64,000 bases of DNA from Cyanidioschyzon merolae (Eukaryota), in assembly GCA_000091205.1 (NCBI GenBank), contig AP006499.2; one strand, given 5' to 3'. How positions within the stretch are numbered: position 1 is the stretch's first letter; the number at the start of each line of letters is the position of its first letter. A model generated the notes under the pieces. It was not told the origin of the DNA. It saw only the letters and a program-made list of their open reading frames with translations, and did no database searches. Of this stretch, positions 1 through 10,253 are shown piece by piece. A program made the position numbers and the translations under genes.

Positions 1-147
1 CGTGCGGTCTGCTTTCTGACGCCCTCAACAGCGTCGGCCACGCCAGCTAGAGGAAAGCCGACTCGAACTGCGCAATGTGAGACGCGCCCACAGCAGGACC
101 TTGGGACGACAGAGTTCGCGGATGAGCAGGAGATCTCGGTAGGAGGC

Positions 148-2391
148 TTGGTTGACTCAACGTCTTCACGTGCGCAGCGGACCTGTGACTCATCAGGAGC
201 GGTGTGTATTGAGCCCGTTTCAGAGTTCAGCGAGAGGCTTGTCGTGTCCACTGAAACGAACCCGCGTACCGAAGGTAACTGGTATTTTGAGCTTCCCTGG
301 CCAGATGGAGGACTTTGCTCCCAAGACCAGGGAGGCGCTTGTAGAAAAGCTCCAGATGTTCGTCTTCCGCGAGGCGCCGCCCAGGGTGGGGCAGCTGCTA
401 CGAGTGTACTGCTGAAGCACTCGGCTAGTCTTTCACGAGACTCGAGTTCTGCGAGGCGCCAGACGAAACCGGGCCCGTCCCAGACGGTTGCGTCTTTTCT
501 TTTTAGCGCTCAAAAAGTGGTTGACGCTCCCCGGAATTTCTTCGTATCAAGCTGCGGATATGTTGCGAACGAGCCTGATTCAGCGAAAAATCTCTCAAAT
601 TGCTGGCAGGTACCTCTCGAAGGTGCCTCAGACAAGCCTGCGGTCTGGAGGCAAGACGTTCAGGAAACTTCTCATGGTTATGAGTATTCTCTTGCGACAG
701 AGCGTGTTGCGTTTGAAACTGCATCCGATGTGCTTGCCGATGAGGAGCAGAAATTATTCAACCAACAAGAATCGAGCCATCCTACAGTGCGGGACAACAT
801 GTCGCCATCCTTCTCCACAAGCGGGGACTCTACGAACGAGGATCCTGAAAGGAACGAAATTACTCGTTTCACGCCACCAAGAGCTCCAGCTTCGAAGACA
901 TCGTATGAGCGCAGACTTGCTGAGAGCAGGAATCTGTTCCCCGTTTCAAATCTGAATGTTGCAGATGCAGACCTCAGATCTCCGTTACATAGAAGCGCTT
1001 CACAACATCGGAGCGATGGAAGCCTAGCACCTCAAGTAAGAGAAATCAGATCTACACGACAGCTGAATAAGATACTCAGCGCACTATACAAATCAGGTCG
1101 GGCAGCGGATGCACTCAGTTTGTGTAGAATTGTGGAGAGAGAGGGACATATTGAGATAGATGTAGCATCCTACTCTATCCTTATCTCGTGTCTTGGGAAA
1201 TGCGGCGCGTCGGCACAAGCAATCGAAATGTTTCACAAAATGATAAGAAATGGCGTAGCGCCCAATGCATTCACGTTTTCAGCGCTCTTCGGAGCGTTGA
1301 CTGACGGTGCCTTCTTCGATCAGGCAATGCGGCTCTTTCAGATGATCAGAGCAAGCTATCCCAATGAGCTTAATGTCGTAGTATACAATGCCGTTCTGAA
1401 ATACGTGGGCCGGGCGGGCAGAATCGACGCAGCGTTGGATCTACTGGGGCAGATGGAACAAAACCGGAACGTGCAACCAGACATCGTAACATACGGGACA
1501 ATACTCGATATTTGCGCAAAGAAGCAAGACGTCTCGCTGGCGTATGCGGTTCTCGATCGGATGCGAAAACGTGGCATGCGACCGAACAACTTCTGTTACG
1601 CGTCTCTCATTGACGCATGTGCACGTGCGGGTCTCCCGGACCAGGCCGAGTCTCTGTTCCGGCAACTACGAGCCGAAGGCCTGGAGTACGACTTGTTTAT
1701 CTGCAATGCCCTGCTTGGCGCTTTCGCCCGGGCAAAAATGGTGGAGCGAGCTTTTCAGGCCTTCGAGGAAATGCGCAGCGCGGGCGTGCGAGGAGATCGC
1801 ATCACCTTTAACACCTTGATCACCGCAGCGGCGCGTGCACGCGAGTTCGACAAAGCCTGGAAAGCTTTCGAGACGATGAAAAAGTCGAACATTTCTGCAG
1901 ACGCAACGACATACAATGCTCTGATTGATGCCTGTAGCAAGAGCGGCATGACTGAGCTGGCGTTTGCGCTTTTCAACGAAATGCGCCAAGCTCATCTGCA
2001 GCCGACGATCTTTACCTTCAATGCTCTCATTGGAGCATGCACGAAATTACAGGATATGCGCAGAGCCACGCAGGTTTTAATGCTCATGCATGGCTTTGGT
2101 GTGTATCCGGATACATTTACACTGAACATTCTTTTAACAGCATGTGCGCGGAACGAAGACTTTGACTATGCGATAAGTTTGGTTCGGGAGTTCGAAACGA
2201 ATTATCGCGTTCGCCTGGATCGCCTCGGTTCTAGCATTGTAACAAACCTTTGCATCAAAGCGTGCGACTCTCAATCAAGGGACCGTTGCTTGAGGCTTCT
2301 TGAGGCTGCAGTACTCGAAGGCTACGAAACATTACGAGAGGTTCGAGATCGAGCTCGTAGCGCTTTCGCAAACCCAATGACTGGCTCATGA
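148..2391 (+). CDS. Pentatricopeptide-repeat (PPR) protein; N-terminal ~300 aa low-complexity, probable organelle targeting region
   Basis: Tandem 35-aa PPR units are visible in the translation, e.g. 'TYNALIDACSKSGMTELAFALFNEMRQAHLQPTIFTFNALIGACTKLQDMRRATQVLMLMHGFGVYPDTFTLNILLTACAR'. There are at least 8 consecutive repeats between aa ~310 and 690. It is one 747-aa ORF. Confidence 0.8.
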   Translation: MVDSTSSRAQRTCDSSGAVCIEPVSEFSERLVVSTETNPRTEGNWYFELPWPDGGLCSQDQGGACRKAPDVRLPRGAAQGGAAATSVLLKHSASLSRDSSSARRQTKPGPSQTVASFLFSAQKVVDAPRNFFVSSCGYVANEPDSAKNLSNCWQVPLEGASDKPAVWRQDVQETSHGYEYSLATERVAFETASDVLADEEQKLFNQQESSHPTVRDNMSPSFSTSGDSTNEDPERNEITRFTPPRAPASKTSYERRLAESRNLFPVSNLNVADADLRSPLHRSASQHRSDGSLAPQVREIRSTRQLNKILSALYKSGRAADALSLCRIVEREGHIEIDVASYSILISCLGKCGASAQAIEMFHKMIRNGVAPNAFTFSALFGALTDGAFFDQAMRLFQMIRASYPNELNVVVYNAVLKYVGRAGRIDAALDLLGQMEQNRNVQPDIVTYGTILDICAKKQDVSLAYAVLDRMRKRGMRPNNFCYASLIDACARAGLPDQAESLFRQLRAEGLEYDLFICNALLGAFARAKMVERAFQAFEEMRSAGVRGDRITFNTLITAAARAREFDKAWKAFETMKKSNISADATTYNALIDACSKSGMTELAFALFNEMRQAHLQPTIFTFNALIGACTKLQDMRRATQVLMLMHGFGVYPDTFTLNILLTACARNEDFDYAISLVREFETNYRVRLDRLGSSIVTNLCIKACDSQSRDRCLRLLEAAVLEGYETLREVRDRARSAFANPMTGS

Positions 2392-2804
2392 TGAGCTGGA
2401 AAGCGACTTGATTTGACCAGGATCGTCGGACTTTGAATCGAACGGGATTCGCTTAACGTATTTGGGATATTTAGTCATTTTCATGGGACAGATACGTCGT
2501 TGCAGCCGCAACGGTTTGCGATGAGGCGTTGATACTGCTTTAGACTGATGCGCTCAAACCTAGCGAGCTGTCCTGCATAGCTATACGAGCGCACCGGCAT
2601 TCTTTAGAGTGAATACAACGTGTCGAGATTTGGAGGTACTCGCTTCACCGGCGCACAATATGCCGACGTCGCGATATGCAGCCGATCCCTGAGCTCCTGT
2701 ACAGAGGAGGCAATATCTCCCAGCGGGTAGCTTTTGGAAATTAATCCGTCGAAAATTATGGGAATCTGAACATGTACATATGATTGGTCACAATGAGGCT
2801 AAAG

Positions 2805-4039
2805 CACCCGCCGTAGCTCGGTTGCAAGGGACTCCACCCCCGCCCGGTCGACCGCTCGCCAATCGTCCGGCCGCATGCAGCGTCACTGGCGGACCCAAGT
2901 ACCAAACGCCCCGTGCGAAAGGCACAGCGCCATCGCCGATGGCCCGGGGGCCGCTGCGCCGGCGCACTGACACCCAAACAAGATGCGTCCCGCCTTTACG
3001 CTCCATGATTGATGAATCTAGCCTGACCTTCCCGGATGCGCGCATGCTCTGGCGAGCAACAGCGGTATACGCCGTCAGCTCCATCCGTGTGCCATCGCCA
3101 GCCGCAGCTTTCGCCGCTCGCGCGCGCACGCACGAGCATGGCTGCGGACGCACACGCACGCCATGCGCATCTCAGCTATCATAGGCACAGGGAATGAACG
3201 TCGCTGGTGCGGCCGCGCGCTACCATATCGTGCAGCCGCATTGCAAATCAAGTCGCACACGCATCACCCGATACATGCGACGTCTGGCGCCGCTGCACGC
3301 TGCCCACAAATCATCGCAACATGATCGGAACTTGCCAGCGCCGGTGAATCTGCATGCAGCGCGCCACAGTCCAGATATGAGTACGAAGCGGGACTTTCGC
3401 GCTCTGTATGGTCGATCCCAACTGTAGCGTACAGCACGTCAACTGGCGGTCCACAGAACGGCGCATCGATTCCGGCTTCGTTACTTTGCAAAACGCTACA
3501 AGCGTCTGCGCGGTTGAGTCGCTCCTGCTGCGCGGACGTTACTGCATATGCCCCTGTTGCGTCTTTCTGAGACTGCATAGTGTGTGCGTAGACGCACGCA
3601 GGCGCACATCGCGGGCGTTGTCCATCCGGTCGCTCTTCAGCATTGCATTTCAGTAGCATGTGCGCCGCACATCAAACATGAATCTATGCGTGCGCATCGA
3701 GCGCGGCTTCCTCGGAGCCCAGCTTCCGCTGCAACGGAACACGCCGCAGCTGTGGGCAGAGGCGCGCTCATCGCCAGTGATGAGCGTACATGTGTCGAGC
3801 TGTTATTCGAGCGCACACAAGGAGAACTTGCATGCCGAGAATTTTCGCTCAGGGTGCCCTGAGATGGTGCTCGTGTGGGGTCATCAGGCGGACCCAGCAG
3901 TTCCTCCGTTCCATCAAGAGCCGAGTGAATAGCGGAGACTACAAGCGCTACCGAGTGACCCATGAGGCATCGCATGCTCCAGGCGCAGACGCTAGCAGTC
4001 GGGGCGCGTGCAGCGCAAGTGTCATATCAGGAGAGATGG
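2805..4039. repeat. Left arm of 1.23-kb inverted repeat (IR-C); GC-rich, non-coding
   Basis: Its reverse complement matches 7806-9038. The ORF-track peptides are mirrored exactly, e.g. 3637..3975(-) equals 7868..8206(+). There are about 1-2 mismatches per 250 bp in the inner part, decaying toward the outer ends. All six frames give short overlapping ORFs, typical of GC-rich non-coding DNA. Confidence 0.9.
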
Positions 4040-4618
4040 TTTCGGCCCCGCTCAAAAACTCTGATTTGGGATCTCAGTGATATGGGACTGAGCGGGGAGC
4101 GCGCATGTTTGCATAAATCTGTTCCAGATCGCCTGTGAAGTTCCCTCTTTCCGAGCAGATGTACGAATGAGGAACCAAGTGCAATCTTCCCGGATTTTCA
4201 GGATATCTGCTCAGCATGATCCAGGGTGAATTGCGCGATCACTCTACATATTCCAAGTTGTCTTCCACAAAAAGCATGAAGAATTCGGGTCATTCAGAAA
4301 CCAAGAAGCAGTATGCTAGTGCAAAACGAAACCGTGCTCATCACGTGCCGAACTTTTTTAAGAGCGCGCACGATGCTCCTTGTTATGCTTGCAGACCAAT
4401 GCGTGGAGCAAAGTAGTGCCCGCTTACCTAAATGCGGAGAGCAATCGCGCATTGAAACGATCCCTGCTAAGACTAATTGAGTTCTAGCCATGAAAATCTA
4501 CATAAAAGATTACTACTGGCTCTAAGCACAGCATGCTCGACAGGAAAAAAGCTCATTTCACGAAAATTTCCGAACTGATTCTGATCCGGAATGAAAATAC
4601 TTGAAAAAGAGAAAGCGT

Positions 4619-6538
4619 CTAAAAAGCCGGCAAGAATGCCTTGTCGCGTGCCAGCGGATTTGCTCTGCCATCTTGGGGTCCATTTCTGAGCATCTGAAGA
4701 ATCAAGACGGATGATAAAATGAAACCGATGTGACGCACTCGGACGTGTGATGGCACTAATGATCGCACTTTCAGACGAGGACGATCGCGGTTTCTCAGAA
4801 ACACATTTTCACCAATGGTCACAAAACGATCGAGGAAAGAGATCCCGTTGGGAAGAATCAAATTACCCGCCGAATCCCGCGGACAAGACTCCGAGTTTTC
4901 GACTACACAGACAGGAATGAATATATCCCTTCGACCGGATACGCGATGTACTTCCTCTTGTGCAAGATGCATCCTTCTAGCAAGATTCTCTTCAAATGTG
5001 AGGCCCTCTGGAGGGAGCGCATACCCATGTGTGAAAACCAGTATGCATCGCTCCCATACTCCACCATCGAAGAGACTCTTCAGTTCCTCCAAAACTAGCC
5101 TGAAACAATGGGATCGGTACGAATCCAGTCGCTCTATAATGCAGACAATGTCGATTTCCAAACCGCGAAGCGCAGCTGCGACACTCTCGCATGTTCCAGC
5201 GCGGCTCCATTTCTTAGAATCCTCCCCAGCTTCATCGTAAAAATATTTTTCAGAGGAAGGGATCTCAATCAAACGCAGAGACATCCCTTCCTTTTCTACA
5301 GGATAAATCAGAACGTTTTCGTTCGGCGAAGGAACGAATTCAGTCTTGCGATTTGGATGCGCTCTTTGTTCCCTTTCACGTTCATACGATCGCTCTTCTA
5401 TTACTTCGAGCCCATGCTCTGGATCTCGTTCTAAAATCTCATCATCCGATAGTATGAGAGCCATGGTGTGGTTGGTTCGTGCGACAGGGCTTCCAAGAAT
5501 GCGGTTAATTGTGGCAGACTTTCCTGCACCGATCGTGCCAGCGAAAAGAATAGTGGCATCTCGAAATGGAGAATGCGCGCGAACGACGTCCACTAATTGA
5601 TTTACAGTGGCGCACCCTGGCCGCGAATCATTCCCAAAGCCGCGAATGATTTCCTCATAGTTCCTTCTTTGGAGACCGACTTGCTTCATGCAAGCTGTGA
5701 ATGCTTCCGAGTCCGTCTTTTCGGCGTAAGCACAAAGCACTTTGCACGCAAGGTGCAGATTTTTTCCTTCAATAACGTCTTCTGGCTCAAACAGTGCATT
5801 GGCATCGAGCCCCGCATTCCGTGCAGAATCCAGAAAGAGCTGAATGCACCGCCGCATGCTGTCCAAATTCCGTGCATCTCCAGAGCACGGAGCGTCTATT
5901 CCGGCAATATGCAAGAAAACGTTAGGGTCGCTGAGCACAGCCCGAAGCCCGTTTGAAGAAGATTCCGATGCGCCTGTTTTTCGTGCGATCCACAACAGGC
6001 AGAGCCTTTCCAAGGCTTTTTCAGTGGCATCTGGAATAGCTCCCCAAGGTTGCTCCCCACAGACCTCCGACAGCGAAGGCTTATCAGAAAGCGTAGGGCT
6101 GGGCCCCTGCTGCCAACTCGACCCAGACTCTTTGAGATCTTTGCTATATGGCGCTGGGCTTGTCACCACGAGTGCTGCGAGACGAGACAGGTTAAGCTCT
6201 TGCTTCACGTGTATACCCATGTTGTAAAGATGTCGCTCATCGGATATGAAGAATTCTCCGTCAGCTGCGTTTTCCGCTCCGTGTCCTTCAGATTCCGTGC
6301 CTTTTCGGGACTGGCTAAGCACCCCTGGAAGAAGATTACGCCGAAAGAGTTGGCGCCGACGTGACCGAGTTCGTCCTGTGGAAGGCCTCGAGCCTCTCGT
6401 GGTTTTATCCGAGTCGGCTGTGCGCCGGCCAGAGACGTCGCGCCTTTCAGCAGCATCATCACCGCGAGGCTCGACACGCTCTGCAAAATCCAGTCTGACT
6501 TGTTCTCTAGTCTGCGGAGAGGTAAAGCTCTCCGTCAT
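4619..6538 (-). CDS. AIG1/Toc34-type (TRAFAC, paraseptin-like) GTPase with ~370-aa N-terminal extension and C-terminal hydrophobic anchor
   Basis: P-loop 'ILFAGTIGAGKSATINRILG' resembles AIG1 'GKSATGNSI' and Toc34 'GKSSTVNSI'. The family-specific 'CILVFTHGYALPPEGLTFEE' resembles Toc34 'LTHAQFSPPDGL'. The C-terminal 'HIGFILSSVLILQML' is a likely TM helix. It is a 639-aa ORF. Confidence 0.6.
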   Translation of the reverse strand: MTESFTSPQTREQVRLDFAERVEPRGDDAAERRDVSGRRTADSDKTTRGSRPSTGRTRSRRRQLFRRNLLPGVLSQSRKGTESEGHGAENAADGEFFISDERHLYNMGIHVKQELNLSRLAALVVTSPAPYSKDLKESGSSWQQGPSPTLSDKPSLSEVCGEQPWGAIPDATEKALERLCLLWIARKTGASESSSNGLRAVLSDPNVFLHIAGIDAPCSGDARNLDSMRRCIQLFLDSARNAGLDANALFEPEDVIEGKNLHLACKVLCAYAEKTDSEAFTACMKQVGLQRRNYEEIIRGFGNDSRPGCATVNQLVDVVRAHSPFRDATILFAGTIGAGKSATINRILGSPVARTNHTMALILSDDEILERDPEHGLEVIEERSYEREREQRAHPNRKTEFVPSPNENVLIYPVEKEGMSLRLIEIPSSEKYFYDEAGEDSKKWSRAGTCESVAAALRGLEIDIVCIIERLDSYRSHCFRLVLEELKSLFDGGVWERCILVFTHGYALPPEGLTFEENLARRMHLAQEEVHRVSGRRDIFIPVCVVENSESCPRDSAGNLILPNGISFLDRFVTIGENVFLRNRDRPRLKVRSLVPSHVRVRHIGFILSSVLILQMLRNGPQDGRANPLARDKAFLPAF

Positions 6539-6824
6539 TTACGGTGCCCTGGAGGTGTCGAGTCCTGCAACTATGCACCTGAGACGCAGCTGAACGAAGC
6601 CCAAACGTTCTGCAGAATCTGAGTAAATTAATACCGGCGTGCAGACGCATACCAACTTTTTTTGACCGTCTCCATGCTATCGGTTTCAACTTGTCATTGT
6701 ACAGCTCGATCCTGAGAGGTTGCCCCACAAAGTTGACTCTTGTCAGCTCCTTGGGTCTCATTTTCAGCACCGCACATTTTCTGATATTGATGATGGCATG
6801 GAAGTCTCGGTTCACGAACTCCAT
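6507..6824 (-). mobile_element. Degenerate Tc1/mariner transposase N-terminal (paired-like HTH with GRPR-like linker) fragment
   Basis: Peptide 'IRKCAVLKMRPKELTRVNFVGQPLRIELYNDKLKPIAWRRSKK' aligns to Tc1 'KTGRPRVTSSRADRLLIRSSKQNP'-type HTH1-GRPR-HTH2. Paralogous copies lie at 48249-48524 and 63535-63954. No DDE domain follows it; the GTPase gene starts right there. Confidence 0.45.
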
Positions 6825-7275
6825 GCGTTTATTGCCTCTGGATCAACGCACTATTGCTAGAGTTCCTCGAACTCGTACCCACTGTCCCACTACAGTCTCG
6901 TCATCCTCCCGTTGGGCATACATCTTTTGCTCAGTTGGCTCCCCTATTTTTCTTCGTCTTCGTTATTTCCTCTTCTTCGCTGCATGGTTGGCGAGAACGA
7001 GATGTTCCGTTTATTACTGCAGTCATCGATGACGGCCCTCAAGGATTCGCAAATTCCAGATCCATAACATTCTCACAGATTTTTACTTTTGGAAAAGAAC
7101 GCACTTAGAACGTATTTACTGAAACCTGGGAAAAAGCATTTGCTTACGCTCATCTGCGGACGGAACACAGATGAGGTGCAAGCCTCGAAATGACGCGATC
7201 GCAAATTTGCACAGTCCATTCGGTTTGGAAAGTCTTGATTAGAAAGTCTTCTGCTCTACTAGAACGAATCCGGAT

Positions 7276-7509
7276 ATGCTTGGGAGGACGCTGAGTTTAT
7301 TAAAGTCAAAAGTGGCCAGAAGTGCCCCGTTTCTTCACGCGAAGCATGGACCGCAGAACTACTACAAAGGAAACCGCTGTCGTCGGCTGGGTCGACACAC
7401 GCGCAAGGGTGGGTACGTCGTAGACCACGCAAACAAGGTCCCTGACTTCAGAATACCGCAAATTCCAGAAGATTTTCCACTGAAACCATATGTTGCAGTT
7501 GGTTCGTAA
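7276..7509 (+). CDS. Mitochondrial ribosomal protein mL41 (MRPL41/yeast MRPL27 family), first exon
   Basis: 'NYYKGNRCRRLGRHTRKGGYVVDHANKVPDFRIPQIPEDFPLKPYV' matches the mL41 family signature (compare 'FVVPDLTGFKLKPYVS'). The ORF stops in ...GGTTCG|GTAAAG, a plausible 5' splice donor. This suggests a downstream exon. Confidence 0.55.
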   Translation: MLGRTLSLLKSKVARSAPFLHAKHGPQNYYKGNRCRRLGRHTRKGGYVVDHANKVPDFRIPQIPEDFPLKPYVAVGS

Positions 7510-7805
7510 AGGTTTCTGGGGCTACGTTTGGACACCTTTCGTCGTGGCGAGGGAAAAATCTGCAGGGAGTTTCAAATAACGCTGCAATATGGACGACTAT
7601 GATGAGAAGACGCTTCTTTCCCCAACTGAGGCGCAACGGTTTTTACACCACTGCCAATATGACGATTAAGGCAAGTACTTACCTCTGAGAGTCCTGATGC
7701 AACCCTGTCAAAAACATATAGCGCAAAAGCACGAATAAGGTCACGGTCCTTCTGTGAGTGGCAGTATTTCACAACGTTGAGTTTTACTCGAAGCAGCTGG
7801 AAACC

Positions 7806-9038
7806 CTCTCTCCTGATATGACACTTGCGCTGCACGCGCCCCGACTGCTAGCGTCTGCGCCTGGAGCATGCGATGCCTCATGGGTCACTCAGTAGCGCTT
7901 GTAGTCTCCGCTATTCACTCGGCTCTTGATGGAACGGAGGAACTGCTGGGTCCGCCTGATGACCCCACACGAGCACCATCTCAGGGCACCCTGAGCGAAA
8001 ATTCTCGGCATGCAAGTTCTCCTTGTGTGCGCTCGAATAACAGCTCGACACATGTACGCTCATCACTGGCGATGAGCGCGCCTCTGCCCACAGCTGCAGC
8101 GTGTTCCGTTGCAGCGGAAGCTGGGCTCCGAGGAAGCCGCGCTCGATGCGCACGCATAGATTCATGTTTGATGTGCGGCGCACATGCTACTGAAATGCAA
8201 TGCTGAAGAGCGACCGGATGGACAACGCCCGCGATGTGCGCCTGCGTGCGTCTACGCACACACTATGCAGTCTCAGAAAGACGCAACAGGGGCATATGCA
8301 GTAACGTCCGCGCAGCAGGAGCGACTCAACCGCGCAGACGCTTGTAGCGTTTTGTAAAGTAACGAAGCCGGTATCGATGCGCCGTTCTGTGGACCGCCAG
8401 TTGACGTGCTGTACGCTACAGTTGGGATCGACCATACAGAGCGCGAAAGTCCCGCTTCGTACTCATATCTGGACTGTGGCGCGCTGCATGCAGATTCACC
8501 GGCGCTGGCAAGTTCCGATCATGTTGCGATGATTTGTGGGCAGCGTGCAGCGGCGCCAGACGTCGCATGTATCGGGTGATGCGTGTGCGACTTGATTTGC
8601 AATGCGGCTGCACGATATGGTAGCGCGCGGCCGCACCAGCGACGTTCATTCCCTGTGCCTATGATAGCTGAGATGCGCATGGCGTGCGTGTGCGTCCGCA
8701 GCCATGCTCGTGCGTGCGCGCGCGAGCGGCGAAAGCTGCGGCTGGCGATGGCACACGGATGGAGCTGACGGCGTATACCGCTGTTGCTCGCCAGAGCATG
8801 CGCACATCCGGGAAGGTCACGCAAGATTCATCAATCATGGAGCGTAACGGCGGGACGCATCTTGTTTGGGTGTCAGTGCGCCGGCGCAGCGGCCCCCGGG
8901 CCATCGGCGATGGCGCTGTGCCTTTCGCACGGGGCGTTTGGTACTTGGGTCCGCCAGTGACGCTGCATGCGGCCGGACGATTGGCGAGCGGTCGACCGGG
9001 CGGGGGTGGAGTCCCTTGCAACCGAGCTACGGCGGGTG
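7806..9038. repeat. Right arm of inverted repeat IR-C
   Basis: It is the reverse complement of 2805-4039 (see the left arm). Confidence 0.9.
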
Positions 9039-9532
9039 TGCTGTATTTAGTTTTCATGGGTCGGAGGAGGTAACCTTCGCGATGCCGCTCCATGCGTCGC
9101 GACCGTATTGGAGAGAGCCACATTGTACCAATTGGCATGATGAACTGACCCGTTTGCGTAGATGCAACTAGCATTGAAAGAAATCGCAGCACGACTTCAT
9201 GAAGGATCCGAATCACGAAAATCGATACCACAGATTAATTGAACTTCCTCCAGTGCGCATTGGCCTTCTACACGGAGAATGGAGTATACTACACCGACGT
9301 CGAACTGCGCGACAATCTTCCATCTATTCGTCTTCATAGTCCAATCGGATAGATTACACCCGGGGTCCGAGAAAGATCCCTCAATTTTTGTGCGGGGCGT
9401 CGAGTCCACTGCGTCCAGTTCATTCTGTTCAGGGATCGTCTCCCTTTAGCTACGGCACGCATGTCCAACGCTTCGTGCATGATTGCGAAAAGGGTCTCAT
9501 GGAGGCTGAGCCCCCGATAGACGAGACCCCAA

Positions 9533-10075
9533 TCAGTTCCGGCCAAAATGGTCGCGAAGTATTGTTGCTACGCAGGTTGCCGCACCCTCTGGTGGGACGC
9601 CTACTGCCCGCCAGCGAACGCGAGCGCTCCTATCTAAAAAATAGACGTAAGCGCTAAAACGGTTTTCGATGTGTAAAAGGCTTAGAAACTCCGTGAAAAG
9701 TTTGTCCTTCCGTGAAGGTGTGTAAATCAGACTCCCAGCAGGCAGCAACTGTTTCTGAAAACCTACCAGAAGGCGATCAAGCAGCCTTTCATTTACTGTT
9801 AACTCATATATGGGAAGTCTTTTTTCTGCCTCAGTCAGAATTCCGCGCCATGTGTCTAGTGCCTGTTGAGAAAACGCACGAAAGCCCAAAAGAAGCCAGC
9901 TTTCCTGCTTCCCTCCACTGGTAAGGTATGCGCGAGAGTCCTTAACGACAGTGCTTTTCCCTGCAACTTCGAATGCGATTTCCGGAAAGAGCCGCGCTTC
10001 CTCCGTTCGGATAAGACTAGGCAACAAGAAACTGTCCTTTAGACCGCGGATAACCTTCGGCGACAACCTAGTCAT
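9533..10075 (-). CDS. Possible ATP10-like F1Fo-ATP synthase assembly factor (thioredoxin-like)
   Basis: The C-terminal 'SAYVYFLDRSARVRWRAVGVPPEGE' resembles the conserved 'YLVD..G.IRWAG.G' motif of the ATP10 family. It is a 180-aa ORF, recalled from memory only. Confidence 0.3.
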   Translation of the reverse strand: MTRLSPKVIRGLKDSFLLPSLIRTEEARLFPEIAFEVAGKSTVVKDSRAYLTSGGKQESWLLLGFRAFSQQALDTWRGILTEAEKRLPIYELTVNERLLDRLLVGFQKQLLPAGSLIYTPSRKDKLFTEFLSLLHIENRFSAYVYFLDRSARVRWRAVGVPPEGAATCVATILRDHFGRN

Positions 10076-10253
10076 GAAACCAGGACGCTACGAGGCGCAT
10101 ACAGACGATAGAAATTTTGCCCGCATTCTAGCCACACGCCGCTCGCTCGCCGAAATGCACTGCAGGCAGCTGCTAAATAGATGACAAACGCTTAAATGCG
10201 AAGCAAAACAGACGCTGCTACAATGATCCATCGACGGCTTCTCGGGGCATTCG

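Noticed and set aside
152-2000. Short ORFs overlapping the PPR gene on both strands (e.g. 152..415, 1666..1995-)
   Set aside because: They lie inside a long ORF with strong PPR homology and are shadow ORFs.
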